NCBI GenBank assembly: GCA_964016885.1 | Contig: OZ024743.1 | Location: forward strand, 316,820,001 to 316,884,000 | DNA length: 64,000 nucleotides | Reading direction: 5' to 3' | Origin: Eledone cirrhosa | Lineage: Eukaryota | Part shown: positions 18,001 to 32,095 of the stretch, piece by piece | Numbering within the stretch: position 1 is the stretch's first letter | Layout of the letters: every line of letters starts with the position of its first letter | Program-made: the position numbers and the translations under genes | Notes under the pieces: model-generated | The model's database searches: none | What the model saw: only the letters and a program-made list of their open reading frames with translations | Told to the model about the DNA's origin: nothing

Positions 18001-21000
18001 AACAAATGCACCAATGTTCATCTATATAATGTATGTAAGGGACCATGAACAATTGCACCAATGTTCATCTATATAATTTATGTAAGGGACCATGAACAAT
18101 TGCACCAATGTTCATCTATATAATGTATGTAAGGGACCATGAACAGTTGCACCAATGTTCATCTATATAATATATGTAAGGGACCATGAACAATTGCACC
18201 AATGTTCATCTATATAATGTATGTAAGGGACCATGAACAATTGTACCAATGTTCATCTATATAATGTATGTAAGGGACCATGAACAATTGCACCAATGAT
18301 AATCTATATAATGTATGTAAGGGACCATGAACAATTGTACCAATGTTCATCTATATAATGTATGTAAGGGACCATGAACAATTGCACCAATGTTCATCTA
18401 TATAATGTATGTAAGGGACCATGAACAAATGCACCAATGTTCATCTATATAATGTATGTAAGGGACCATGAACAATTGCACTAATGTTCATCTATATAAT
18501 GTATGTAAGGGACCATGAACAATTGCACTAATGTTCATCTATATAATGTATGTAAGGGACCATGAACAATTGCACCAATGTTCATCTATATAATATATGT
18601 AAGGGGCCATGAACAATTGCACCAATGCTAATCTATATAATGTATGTAAGGGACCATGAACAATTGCACCAATGCTAATCTTAATAATGTATGTAAGGGA
18701 CCATGAACAATTGCACCAATGCTAATCTATATAATGTATGTAAGGGACCATGAACAATTACACCAATGTTCATCTACATAATGTATGTAAGGGACCATGA
18801 ACAATTGCACCAATGTTCATCTACATAATGTATGTAAGGGACCATGAACAATTGCACCAATGTTCATCTATATAATGTATGTAAGGGACCATGAACAATT
18901 GCACCAATGCTAATCTATATAATGTATGTAAGGGACCATGAACAATTGCACCAATGCTAATCTATATAATGTATGTAAGGGACCATGAACAATTGCACCA
19001 ATGTTCATCTATATAATGTATGTAAGGGACCATGAACAATTGCACCAATGTTCATCTATATAATGTATGTAAGGGACCATGAACACTTACACCAATGTTC
19101 ATCTATATAATGTATGTAAGGGACCATGAACAATTGCACCAATGTTCATCTATATAATGTATGTAAGGGACCTTGAACAATTGCACCAATGCTAATCTAT
19201 ATAATGTATGTAAGGGACCATGAACAATTGTACCAATGTTCATCTATATAATGTATGTAAGGGACCATGAACAATTGCACCAATGTTCATCTATATAATG
19301 TATGTAAGGGACCATGAACAATTGCACCAATGTTAATCTATATAATGTATGTAAGGGACCATGAACAATTGCACCAATGTTAATCTATATAATGTATGTA
19401 AGGGACCATGAACAATTACACCAATGTTCATCTATATAATGTATGTAAGGGACCATGAACAATTGCACCAATGTTCATCTATATAATGTATGTAAGGGAC
19501 CATGAACAATTACACCAATGTTCATCTATATAATGTATGTAAGGGACCATGAACAATTACACCAATGTTCATCTATATAATGCATGTAAGGGACCATGAA
19601 CAATTGCACCAATGTTCATCTATATAATGTATGTAAGGGACCATGAACAATTACACCAATGTTCATCTATATAATGTATGTAAGGGACCATGAACAATTA
19701 CACCAATGTTCATCTATATAATGTATGTAAGGGACCATGAACAATTGCACCAATGTTCATCTATATAATGTATGTAAGGGACCATGAACAATTACACCAA
19801 TGTTCATCTATATAATGTATGTAAGGGACCATGAACAATTACACCAATGTTCATCTATATAATGTATGTAAGGGACCATGAACAATTGCACCAATGTTCA
19901 TCTATATAATGTATGTAAGGGACCATGAACAATTACACCAATGTTCATCTATATAATGTATGTAAGGGACCATGAACAATTACACCAATGTTCATCTATA
20001 TAATGTATGTAAGGGACCATGAACAATTACACCAATGTTCATCTATATAATGTATGTAAGAGACCATGAACAATTGCACCAATGCTAATCTATATAATGT
20101 ATGTAAGGGACCATGAACAATTGCACCAATGCTAATCTATATAATGTATGTAAGGGACCATGAACAATTGCACCAATGCTAATCTATATAATGTATGTAA
20201 GGGACCATGAACAATTGCACCAATGTTCATCTATATAATGTATGTAAGAGACCATGAACAATTGCACCAATGTTCATCTATATAATGTATGTAAGAGACC
20301 ATGAACAATTGCACCAATGCTAATCTATATAATGTATGTAAGGGACCATGAACAATTGCACCAATGTTCATCTATATAATGTATGTAAGGGACCATGAAC
20401 AATTGCACCAATGCTAATCTATATAATGTATGTAAGGGACCATGAACAATTACACCAATGTTCATCTATATAATGTATGTAAGGGACCATGAACAATTAC
20501 ACCAATGTTCATCTATATAATGTATGTAAGGGACCATGAACAATTGCACCAATGCTAATCTATATAATGTATGTAAGGGACCATGAACAATTGCACCAAT
20601 GTTCATCTATATAATGTATGTAAGGGACCATGAACAATTGCACCAATGTTCATCTATATAATGTATCTAAGGGACCATGCACAATTGTACCAATGTTCAT
20701 CTATATAATGTATGTAAGGGACCATGAACAATTGCACCAATGTTCATCTATATAATGTATGTACGGGACCATGAACAATTACACCAATGTTCATCTATAT
20801 AATGTATGTAAGGGACCATGAACAATTACACCAATGTTCATCTATATAATGTATGTAAGAGACCATGAACAATTGCACCAATGCTAATCTATATAATGTA
20901 TGTAAGGGACCATGAACAATTGCACCAATGCTAATCTATATAATGTATGTAAGGGACCATGAACAATTGCACCAATGCTAATCTATATAATGTATGTAAG

Positions 21001-24000
21001 GGACCATGAACAATTGCACCAATGCTAATCTATATAATGTATGTAAGGGACCATGAACAATTGCACCAATGCTAATCTATATAATGTATGTAAGAGACCA
21101 TGAACAATTGCACCAATGCTAATCTATATAATGTATGTAAGGGACCATGAACAATTGCACCAATGCTAATCTATATAATGTATGTAAGGGACCATGAACA
21201 ATTGCACCAATGCTAATCTATATAATGTATGTAAGGGACCATGAACAATTGCACCAATGTTCATCTATATAATGTATGTAAGAGACCATGAACAATTGCA
21301 CCAATGTTCATCTATATAATGTATGTAAGAGACCATGAACAATTGCACCAATGCTAATCTATATAATGTATGTAAGGGACCATGAACAATTGCACCAATG
21401 TTCATCTATATAATGTATGTAAGGGACCATGAACAATTGCACCAATGCTAATGTATATAATGTATGTAAGGGACCATGAACAATTACACCAATGTTCATC
21501 TATATAATGTATGTAAGGGACCATGAACAATTACACCAATGTTCATCTATATAATGTATGTAAGGGACCATGAACAATTGCACCAATGCTAATCTATATA
21601 ATGTATGTAAGGGACCATGAACAATTGCACCAATGTTCATCTATATAATGTATGTAAGGGACCATGAACAATTGCACCAATGTTCATCTATATAATGTAT
21701 CTAAGGGACCATGAACAATTGCACCAATGCTAATCTATATAATGTATGTAAGGGACCATGAACAATTGCACCAATGTTCATCTATATAATGTATGTAAGA
21801 GACCATGAACAATTGCACCAATGTTCATCTATATAATGTATCTAAGGGACCATGCACAATTGTACCAATGTTCATCTATATAATGTATGTAAGGGACCAT
21901 GAACAATTGTACCAATGTTCATCTATATAATGTATGTAAGGGACCATGAACAATTACACCAATGTTCATCTATATAATGTATGTAAGGGACCATGAACAA
22001 TTGCACCAATGCTAATCTATATAATGTATGTAAGGGACCATGAACAATTGCACCAATGCTAATCTATATAATGTATGTAAGGGACCATGAACAATTGCAC
22101 CAATGTTCATCTATATAATGTATGTAAGGGACCATGAACAATTGCACCAATGTTCATCTATATAATGTATGTAAGAGACCATGAACAATTGCACCAATGC
22201 TAATCTATATAATGTATGTAAGGGACCATGAACAATTGCACCAATGCTAATCTATATAATGTATGTAAGGGACCATGAACAATTGCACCAATGTTCATCT
22301 ATATAATGTATGTAAGAGACCATGAACAATTGCACCAATGCTAATCTATATAATGTATGTAAGGGACCATGAACAATTGCACCAATGCTAATCTATATAA
22401 TGTATGTAAGGGACCATGAACAATTGCACCAATGTTCAACTATATAGTGTATGTAAGGGACCATGAACAATTACACCAATGTTCATCTATATAATGTATG
22501 TAAGGGACCATGAACAATTACACCAATGTTCATCTACATAATGTATGTAAGGGACCATGAACAATTGCACCAATGTTCATCTATATAATGTATGTAAGGG
22601 ACCATGAACAATTGCACCAATGCTAATCTATATAATGTATGTAAGGGACCATGAACAATTGCACCAATGTTCAACTATATAATGTATGTAAGGGACCATG
22701 AACAATTGCACCAATGCTAATCTATATAATGTATGTAAGGGACCATGAACAATTGCACCAATGTTCATCTATATAATGTATGTAAGGGACCATGAACAAT
22801 TGCACCAATGCTAATCTATATAATGTATGTAAGGGACCATGAACAATTGCACCAATGTTCATCTATATAATGTATGTAAGGGACCATGAACAATTGCACC
22901 AATGCTAATCTATATAATGTATGTAAGGGACCTTGAACAATTGCACCAATGCTAATCTATATAATGTATGTAAGGGACCATGAACAATTGCACCAATGTT
23001 CAACTATATAATGTATGTAAGGGACCATGAACAATTGCACCAATGCTAATCTATATAATGTATGTAAGGGACCATGAACAATTGCACCAATGTTCATCTA
23101 TATAATGTATGTAAGGGACCATGAACAATTGCACCAATGCTAATCTATATAATGTATGTAAGGGACCATGAACAATTGCACCAATGCTAATCTATATAAT
23201 GTATGTAAGGGACCATGAACAATTGCACCAATGTTCATCTATATAATGTATGTAAGGGACCATGAACAATTGCACCAATGCTAATCTTAATAATGTATGT
23301 AAGGGACCATGAACAATTGCACCAATGCTAATCTTAATAATGTATGTAAGGGACCATGAACAATTGCACCAATGCTAATCTTAATAATGTATGTAAGGGA
23401 CCATGAACAATTGCACCAATGCTAATCTTAATAATGTATGTAAGGGACCATGAACAATTGCACCAATGCTAATCTATATAATGTATGTAAGGGACCATGA
23501 ACAATTGCACCAATGTTCATCTATATAATGTATGTAAGGGACCATGAACAATTGCACCAATGCTAATCTTAATAATGTATGTAAGGGACGATGAACAATT
23601 GCACCAATCCTAATCTATATAATGTATGTAAGGGACCATGAACAATTGCACCTATGTTCATCTATATAATGTATGTAAGGGACCATGAACAATTGCACCA
23701 ATGCTAATCTTAATAATGTATGTAAGGGACCATGAACAATTGCACCAATGCTAATCTTAATAATGTATGTAAGGGACCATGAACAATTGCACCAATGCTA
23801 ATCTTAATAATGTATGTAAGGGACCATGAACAATTGCACCAATGCTAATCTTAATAATGTATGTAAGGGACCATGAACAATTGCACCAATGCTAATCTAT
23901 ATAATGTATGTAAGGGACCATGAACAATTGCACCAATGTTCATCTATATAATGTATGTAAGGGACCATGAACAATTGCACCAATGCTAATCTTAATAATG

Positions 24001-27000
24001 TATGTAAGGGACCATGAACAATTGCACCAATGCTAATCTATATAATGTATGTAAGGGACCATGAACAATTGCACCAATGCTAATCTATATAATGTATGTA
24101 AGGGACCATGAACAATTGCACCAATGTTCATCTATATAATGTATGTAAGGGACCATGAACAATTGCACCAATGCTAATCTATATAATGTATGTAAGGGAC
24201 CATGAACAATTGCACCAATGTTCATCTATATAGTGTATGTAAGGGACCATGAACAATTGCACCAATGTTCATGTATATAATGTATGTAAGGGACCATGAA
24301 CAGTTGCACCAATGTTCATCTATATAATGTATGTACGGGACCATGAACAAATGCACCAATGTTCATCTATATAATGTATGTAAGGGACCATGAACAATTG
24401 CACCAATGTTCATCTATATAATGTATGTAAGGGACCATGAACAATTGCACCAATGTTCATCTATATAATGTATGTAAGGGACCATTAACAATTGCACCAA
24501 TGTTCATCTATATAATGTATGTAAGGGACCATGAACAATTGCACCAATGTTCATCTATATAATGTATGTAAGGGACCATTAACAACTGCACCAATGTTCA
24601 TCTATATAATGTATGTAAGGGACCTTGAACAATTGCACCAATGTTCATCTATATAATGTATGTAAGGGACCATGAACACTTACACCAATGTTCATCTATA
24701 TAATGTATGTAAGGGACCATGAACAATTGCACCAATGTTCATCTATATAATGTATGTAAGGGACCATGAACAATTGCACCAATGTTCATCTATATAATGT
24801 ATGTAAGGGACCATGAACAATTGCACCAATGTTCATCTATATAATGTATGTAAGGGACCTTGAACAATTGCACCAATGTTCATCTATATAATGTATGTAA
24901 GGGACCTTGAACAATTGCACCAATGTTCATCTATATAATGTATGTAAGGGACCATGAACACTTACACCAATGTTCATCTATATAATGTATGTAAGGGACC
25001 ATGAACAATTGCACCAATGTTCATCTATATAATGTATGTAAGGGACCATGAACAATTGCACCAATGTTAATCTATATAATGTATGTAAGGGACCATGAAC
25101 AATTGCACCAATGTTAATCTATATAATGTATGTAAGGGACCATTAACAATTGCACCAATGTTCATCTATATAATGTATGTAAGGGACCATGAACAATTGC
25201 ACCAATGTTCATCTATATAATGTATGTAAAGGACCATGAACAATTGCACCAATGTTCATCTATATAATGTATGTAAGGGACCTTGAACAATTGCACCAAT
25301 GTTCATCTATATAATGTATGTAAGGGACCATGAACAATTGCACCAATGCTAATCTATATAATGTATGTAAGGGACCATGAACACTTACACCAATGTTCAT
25401 CTATATAATGTATGTAAGGGACCATGAACAATTGCACCAATGTTCATCTATATAATGTATGTAAGGGACCATGAACAATTGCACCAATGTTCATCTATAT
25501 AATGTATGTAAGGGACCTTGAACAATTGCACCAATGTTCATCTATATAATGTATGTAAGGGACCATGAACAAATGCACCAATGTTCATCTATATAATGTA
25601 TGTAAGGGACCATGAACAATTGCACCAATGTTCATCTATATAATGTATGTAAGGGACCTTGAACAATTGCACCAATGTTCATCTATATAATGTATGTAAG
25701 GGACCATGAACACTTACACCAATGTTCATCTATATAATGTATGTAAGGGACCATGAACAATTGCACCAATGTTCATCTATATAATGTATGTAAGGGACCA
25801 TGAACAATTGCACCAATGCTAATCTATATAATGTATGTAAGGGACCGTGAACAATTGCACCAATGTTCATCTATATAATGTATGTAAGGGATCATTAACA
25901 ATTGCACCAATGTTCATCTATATAATGTATGTAACGGACCATGAACAATTGCACCAATGTTCATCTATATAATGTATGTAAGGGACCATGAACAATTGCA
26001 CCAATGCTAATCTATATAATGTATGTAAGGGACCATGAACAATTGCACCAATGTTCATCTATATAATGTATGTAAGGGACCTTGAACAATTGCACCAATG
26101 TTCATCTATATAATGTATGTAAGGGACCATGAACCATTGCACCAATGTTCATCTATATAATGTATGTAAGGGACCATGAACAATTGCACCAATGTTCATC
26201 TATATAATGTATGTAAGAGACCATGAACAATTGCACCAATGCTAATCTATATAATGTATGTAAGGGACCATGAACAATTGCACCAATGTTCATCTATATA
26301 ATGTATGTAAGGGACCATGAACCATTGCACCAATGTTCATCTATATAATGTATGTAAGGGACCATGAACAATTGCACCAATGTTCATCTATATAATGTAT
26401 GTAAGGGACCTTGAACAATTGCACCAATGTTCATCTATATAATGTATGTAAGGGACCATGAACACTTACACCAGTGTTCATCTATATAATGTATGTAAGG
26501 GACCATTAACAATTGCACCAATGTTCATCTATATAATGTATGTAAGGGACCATGAACAATTGCACCAATGTTCATCTATATAATGTATGTAAGGGACCTT
26601 GAACAATTGCACCAATGCTAATCTATATAATGTATGTAAGGGACCATGAACACTTACACCAATGTTCATCTATATAATGTATGTAAGGGACCATGAACAA
26701 TTGCACCAATGTTCATCTATATAATGTATGTAAGGGACCATTAACAATTGCACCAATGCTAATCTATATAATGTATGTAAGGGACCATGAACACTTACAC
26801 CAATGTTCATCTATATAATGTATGTAAGGGACCATGAACAATTGCACCAATGTTCATCTATATAATGTATGTAAGGGACCTTGAACAATTGCACCAATGT
26901 TCATCTACATAATGTATGTAAGGGACCATGAACACTTACACCAATGTTCATCTATATAATGTATGTAAGGGACCATGAACAATTGCACCAATGCTAATCT

Positions 27001-28768
27001 ATATAATGTATGTAAGGGACCATGAACAATTGCACCAATGTTAATCTATATAATGTATGTAAGGGACCATGAACAATTACACCAATGCTAATCTATATAA
27101 TGTATGTAAGGGACCATGAACAATTGCACCAATGTTCATCTATATAATGTATGTAAGGGACCATGAACAATTACACCAATGTTCATCTATATAATGTATG
27201 TAAGGGCCCATGAACAATTGCACCAATGTTCATCTATATAATGTATGTAAGGGACCATGAACAATTGCACCAATGCTAATCTATATAATGTATGTAAGGG
27301 ACCATGAACAATTGCACCAATGCTAATCTATATAATGTATGTAAGGGACCATGAACAATTGCACCAATGCTAATCTATATAATGTATGTAAGGGACCATG
27401 AACAATTACACCAATGTTCATCTATATAATGTATGTAAGGGACCATGAACAATTGCACCAATGCTAATCTATATAATGTATGTAAGGGACCATGAACAAT
27501 TGCACCAATGTTCATCTATATAATGTATGTAAGGGACCATGAACAATTGCACCAATGTTCATCTATATAATGTATGTAAGGGACCATGAACAATTACACC
27601 AATGTTCATCTATATAATGTATGTAAGGGACCATGAACAATTGCACCAATGCTAATCTATATAATGTATGTAAGGGACCATGAACAATTGCACCAATGTT
27701 CATCTATATAATGTATGTAAGGGACCATGAACAATTGCACCAATGCTAATCTATATAATGTATGTAAGGGACCATGAACAATTGCACCAATGCTAATCTA
27801 TATAATGTATGTAAGGGACCATGAACAATTGCACCAATGTTCATCTATATAATGTATGTAAGGGACCATGAACAATTGCACCAATGCTAATCTATATAAT
27901 GTATGTAAGGGACCATGAACAATTGCACCAATGCTAATCTATATAATGTATGTAAGGGACCATGAACAATTACACCAATGTTCATCTATATAATGTATGT
28001 AAGGGACCATGAACAATTACACCAATGTTCATCTATATAATGTATGTAAGGGACCATGAACAATTGCACCAATGCTAATCTATATAATGTATGTAAGGGA
28101 CCATGAACAATTGCACCAATGTTCATCTATATAATGTATGTAAGGGACCATGAACAATTGCACCAATGCTAATCTATATAATGTATGTAAGGGACCATGA
28201 ACAATTACACCAATGTTCATCTATATAATGTATGTAAGGGACCATGAACAATTACACCAATGTTCATCTATATAATGTATGTAAGGGACCATGAACAATT
28301 ACACCAATGTTCATCTATATAATGTATGTAAGGGACCATGAACAATTACACCAATGTTCATCTATATAATTTATGTAAGGGACCATGAACAATTACACCA
28401 ATGTTCATCTATATAACGTATGTAAGGGACCATGAACAATTGCACCAATGTTAATCTATATAATTTATGTAAGGGACCATGAACAATTACACCAATGTTC
28501 ATCTATATAATGTATGTAAGGGACCATGAACAATTGCACCAATGCTAATCTATATAATGTATGTAAGGGACCATGAACAATTGCACCAATGTTAATCTAT
28601 ATAACGTATGTAAGGGACCATAAACAACTGCACCAATGTTCATCTATATAATGTATGTAAGGGACCATGAACAATTGCACCAATGCTAATCTCTATGATG
28701 TTGTATGATGGAGACTGGACAATAGCACCAATGCTAATTTATGTTGTCGTTGTATGTTAATGAGTCAT
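1..28768. repeat. 47-bp satellite array, about 610 monomers, consensus GAACAATTGCACCAATGTTCATCTATATAATGTATGTAAGGGACCAT; continues beyond the left edge
   Basis: The period of 47 is read directly (GAAC at 1, 48, 95...). Phase is conserved except for two 1-bp deletions (GTAAGGACC at ~14470 and ~17148). Degenerate final monomers lie at 28690-28768. Confidence 0.99.
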
Positions 28769-29588
28769 ATCGGCAGGGGGGTGGAGGGGGGTGACAGTGG
28801 GTCTATAATCCTTGTCTATTCCACCTTCATCATAAGGATGAAGCCACCATTGAGCACTTGACAGGTTGTCACCAATGTGACGGAGTCCCATTTACTCTGG
28901 TTTTGAAATCGGAGTCAGCCTTGTCAACCATTTTTTTTTTTTTTTTTTTTTTTTAATTATTACACAGTATTGGGCAGCCAGAAACTCTCCTGAGTCAGCT
29001 ACCCTTTAGTGGGATTTGTTTTTCATTCTGCAGGGTGTCCAAAAATCACCTCCTCACCAAAAAAGATTGGTGGGGTTGTTGGTTTAATTGCCAATGACCT
29101 GAGAGGTTGTACTGGGTTTCACGTTACCTGTAGAGCTGAATAGAAGGTTGGACGCATGCGCACACAGAGAAAACATGTTTCATCTGATCGTACAGAAAGC
29201 TAAGGGAGTGTGCTTCTGATACTTTACCATCGCACATGCATAACAAGAGACTTCAGATGGAGAATATTATTATATCTATCAGTCATTATCATCAACTTCT
29301 CTCTCAGTTGGATGGTTTGAAAATGTTTTACTCCAAAACTTTTATTCACACGATTATATTTACTGTATATATTCGAATATTAGCTAAACCCTATTTTGCC
29401 TGAGAAATAGGCAAAAATCCAAACCCCATTTACAAGCTGGAGCAGGTAATGAACTCATTGTTTAGATGGTGGGGTTTTGAAATTCTCATGTGTGGAGAAT
29501 ATATTTATGAAATTTTAATATTTTGATACTTTAAATGTTCTAAGTATTGTTTAAAGTATAGTTTTTGTTTCAGAAGGCCATTAGGAAT

Positions 29589-29631
<43 letters not shown>

Positions 29632-30279
29632 TTTTGACTGTTTTGAAGGCCATATTAATTCACAGCATGTCAAAAACAATAGGAAATATGAATTTTACGT
29701 CCAAAGTGAAACCAGTGTAATATTCACCTACTAAACGAAAATATTATAGCCCCTCATGTACGTAGAATTTTGAAGTTGGTGAAAATCAGATAATATTGAC
29801 CTTGAATATAATCCGAATACCCAAATTTACCATGGTTTTCTTTTTTTTTTGTCATATATTTCTTGGTTTATATGTGTGTGTACGTACTTGTGTGTGTGTG
29901 TACATACATGTGTGTGTGTGTATGTAGGTATGGTTGTGTATGTACGTATATATGTATGTGTGTATGTGGAGGCACATGTGGTTCCTTTTATTAACTCCTT
30001 CTTCCTACCTAGAAATAGCTTTGCAGTCTCTGAATATGGATAATTTCAACCCTGCATAATTTCTACTATGAGACTTAAGGTTTTCACTATGTCCTAAATA
30101 GTCCTCGGGTTTTCTTTGCTCTACACCCCAGTATGTTTTATCTACATTAATGTATTTAAATGTTTTCTATTAGTCTTGTCCTTGTGATAAAGTAATTATT
30201 ATAATGTTTGTTACTTTTAATTGCCATTCTAATTATGAAATCTTCATCACTATGATTATTTTCATTATTTCTTGTCTAG

Positions 30280-30326
30280 GAAAATATATCCTGCAGCTAT
30301 TTAAAAGCTATAAATGTCATTGTCTG
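30280..30326 (+). CDS. TMEM116: TMEM116-like 7TM gene, first exon found (ENISCSYLKAINVIV, ECL1 Cys and start of TM3); 5' exons not found
   Basis: Acceptor cttgtctag and donor TG|gtaaat. Ends in phase 2, which fits the next exon. Resembles TMEM116 KDIICYNLQAVGQ as I recall it. Confidence 0.6.
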
Positions 30327-30589
30327 GTAAATATGTATTACATATTACTCTCTTTATCCCTTATCATACATTCAACTATTTAATCTAGTTTTCTGTTGTA
30401 CTTTATCATATGATTGCACACTGGCAGAATCATTAGAGTGGTGGTATCTGTTCTGGCTCTCTGCACAATTAGTTCAAATTCCATTGGGAACAAGTTTGTT
30501 TTTCATCCCTCTTCTGAGGTTGATAAAGTACCAGTCTAGGGGTAATGAAATGGCAGTGTTGTTAGAGCCTCAGTATTTGCTCGGTCCTT

Positions 30590-30980
30590 CTACCCTTCTT
30601 CTTTGCCCACTTATTCCTGGGAGGGCCATGGGGGCAGACTCCTCATGCATGCTTTCCAGGGGCTCCTGTCAGATTAATCCAGCTTGATCCCCAAACGAGA
30701 CCATCCAAGTTCATGGATGTTATCCAACCAGCTTCCTCTGGGTCTACCCCTGGGTTTCCTGCCAGTTGGTTTTACCCATAAAATCTGTCCAGCAATTCTT
30801 TCCTTATAAATTCTTTTGAGACATTCTAACCACATGGCTGTAGTATTGGAGCTGTGATCTCTCTATTTGGAGAAGTAGTGGCTCTACTTGGAGTGACTCC
30901 CTGATCTTCAAGCTACTCACTCCATAGAGAAACATTACTCCAAAGACCCTTTGGAGGAACCCTATTTCATCCACATGTAT
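30590..30980 (-). mobile_element. Decayed RTE (Expander-like) LINE 3' fragment
   Basis: Minus-strand translation LQVEPLLLQIERSQLQYYSHVVRM...KPRGRPRGSWLDNIH. Confidence 0.72.
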
Positions 30981-31464
30981 TCTTATTCACATGTATTCTC
31001 AATAAAAAGAAGTACCAGTCTTGTGTTGGGGTTAATTCTTTCTCTATATTTCTTTCTCACTTCTTCTCTCTCCTCCTCTGAAAGAAATCTGTTTAGACCT
31101 GGAGAGATGGGCTCCACTAAGCTTTAAATGCTGTGGTTCCCTATGATATCCCAACAACTCCATCAGGAGTTATGGGTCTAAGATATGATAAACTGTTCTG
31201 TTCAAAGACTTAACTGATGATTATTGTATTAGAAGTTTAAAGTTTATTCTTCAAATATATTCTAAGTGATCTGTTATTCTTGTTAACTGTAGTGGTTAGG
31301 TTTAACTTTATTGGTAATAGTAAAGTAATGGGCCCTTAACTCCTGATGGAGTTGTAAGGTATAAGACACAGTGTGTTTTGGGCATTTTAAACCTTGTGAA
31401 GCCTGTTGTTCTCCAAACTGGAATACTGCTGATTTCTTTGAGAGAGACGGTAAGAAATAGGTAG

Positions 31465-31582
31465 GCGCATAGAGGGATGGGCGCATAGAGGGATTGGCGC
31501 ATAGAGGGATTGGCGCATAGTGGGATTGGCGCATAGTGGGATGGGCGCATAGTGGGATGAGCGCATAGTGGGATACGCACAT
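31465..31582. repeat. 16-bp minisatellite GCGCATAG(A/T)GGGAT(G/T)G, about 7 copies
   Basis: Read directly; it accounts for the repetitive ORFs at 31283 and 31308. Confidence 0.92.
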
Positions 31583-32002
31583 AGAAAGAGAATTGGCCCT
31601 AGTACTGGACTGCTAATTTATCTTTCATCCTTTTGAGGCCAATAAATAAAGTTGACTTCTGTGGGATTTGAACTTGGAGCACAGGGAGTTGGTACAAATA
31701 CTGAGGTATTTTTAATCCAATGCTTCCGACAACTCTGCCAATTTACCAGCCTTTTATTAGTGATAAGAGTATCAAAGACCTGTGGCATAGTACTCCTGTT
31801 TTATTGGTGGTAATGGAGTATCAGATTATATGCTGCTGCTCCTGTTAACTGTAGAAGCAAGTACCAGATGCGAACTGAGTCTTAAAACCTGTCCAGGAAT
31901 CCATCACCCATCAGGGTGGCACCTTGTTCAGTAATATGTTGCATATCTGAGAAAATAGAAAACCTTCTAATGAATTATAAAACAAACTGGTTTCATTTTC
32001 AG

Positions 32003-32095
32003 TCTTTGTACAATGGCTATTACTTTGGTTTTTACTCAGCTCAGCGGCTACTGGGCATTGCCCAAATGCCCGTATGGCCGATCCACGTTGGACAA
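32003..32095 (+). CDS. TMEM116: TMEM116-like exon (LCTMAITLVFTQLSGYWALPKCPYGRSTLD, TM3/ICL2)
   Basis: Acceptor tttcattttcag, phase 2-2. The donor is uncertain: AA|gtgatt at 32095 or CC|gtatgg at ~32071, both phase 2. Confidence 0.6.

Noticed and set aside
1-28690. CRISPR-like array (palindromic repeat unit)
   Set aside because: There are no unique spacers, the whole 47 bp repeats, there are no cas genes, and the context is eukaryotic.
1-28690. Satellite as a repetitive coding sequence
   Set aside because: 47 is not a multiple of 3, and each unit has stops on both strands that cycle through all frames; the ORF track is empty here.
30013-30110. Candidate TM2 exon (IWIISTLHNFYY)
   Set aside because: It is flanked by in-frame stops, and no acceptor/donor pair gives an open exon.
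31283-31582. Pro/His-rich repeat ORFs
   Set aside because: They are translations of the 16-bp minisatellite.
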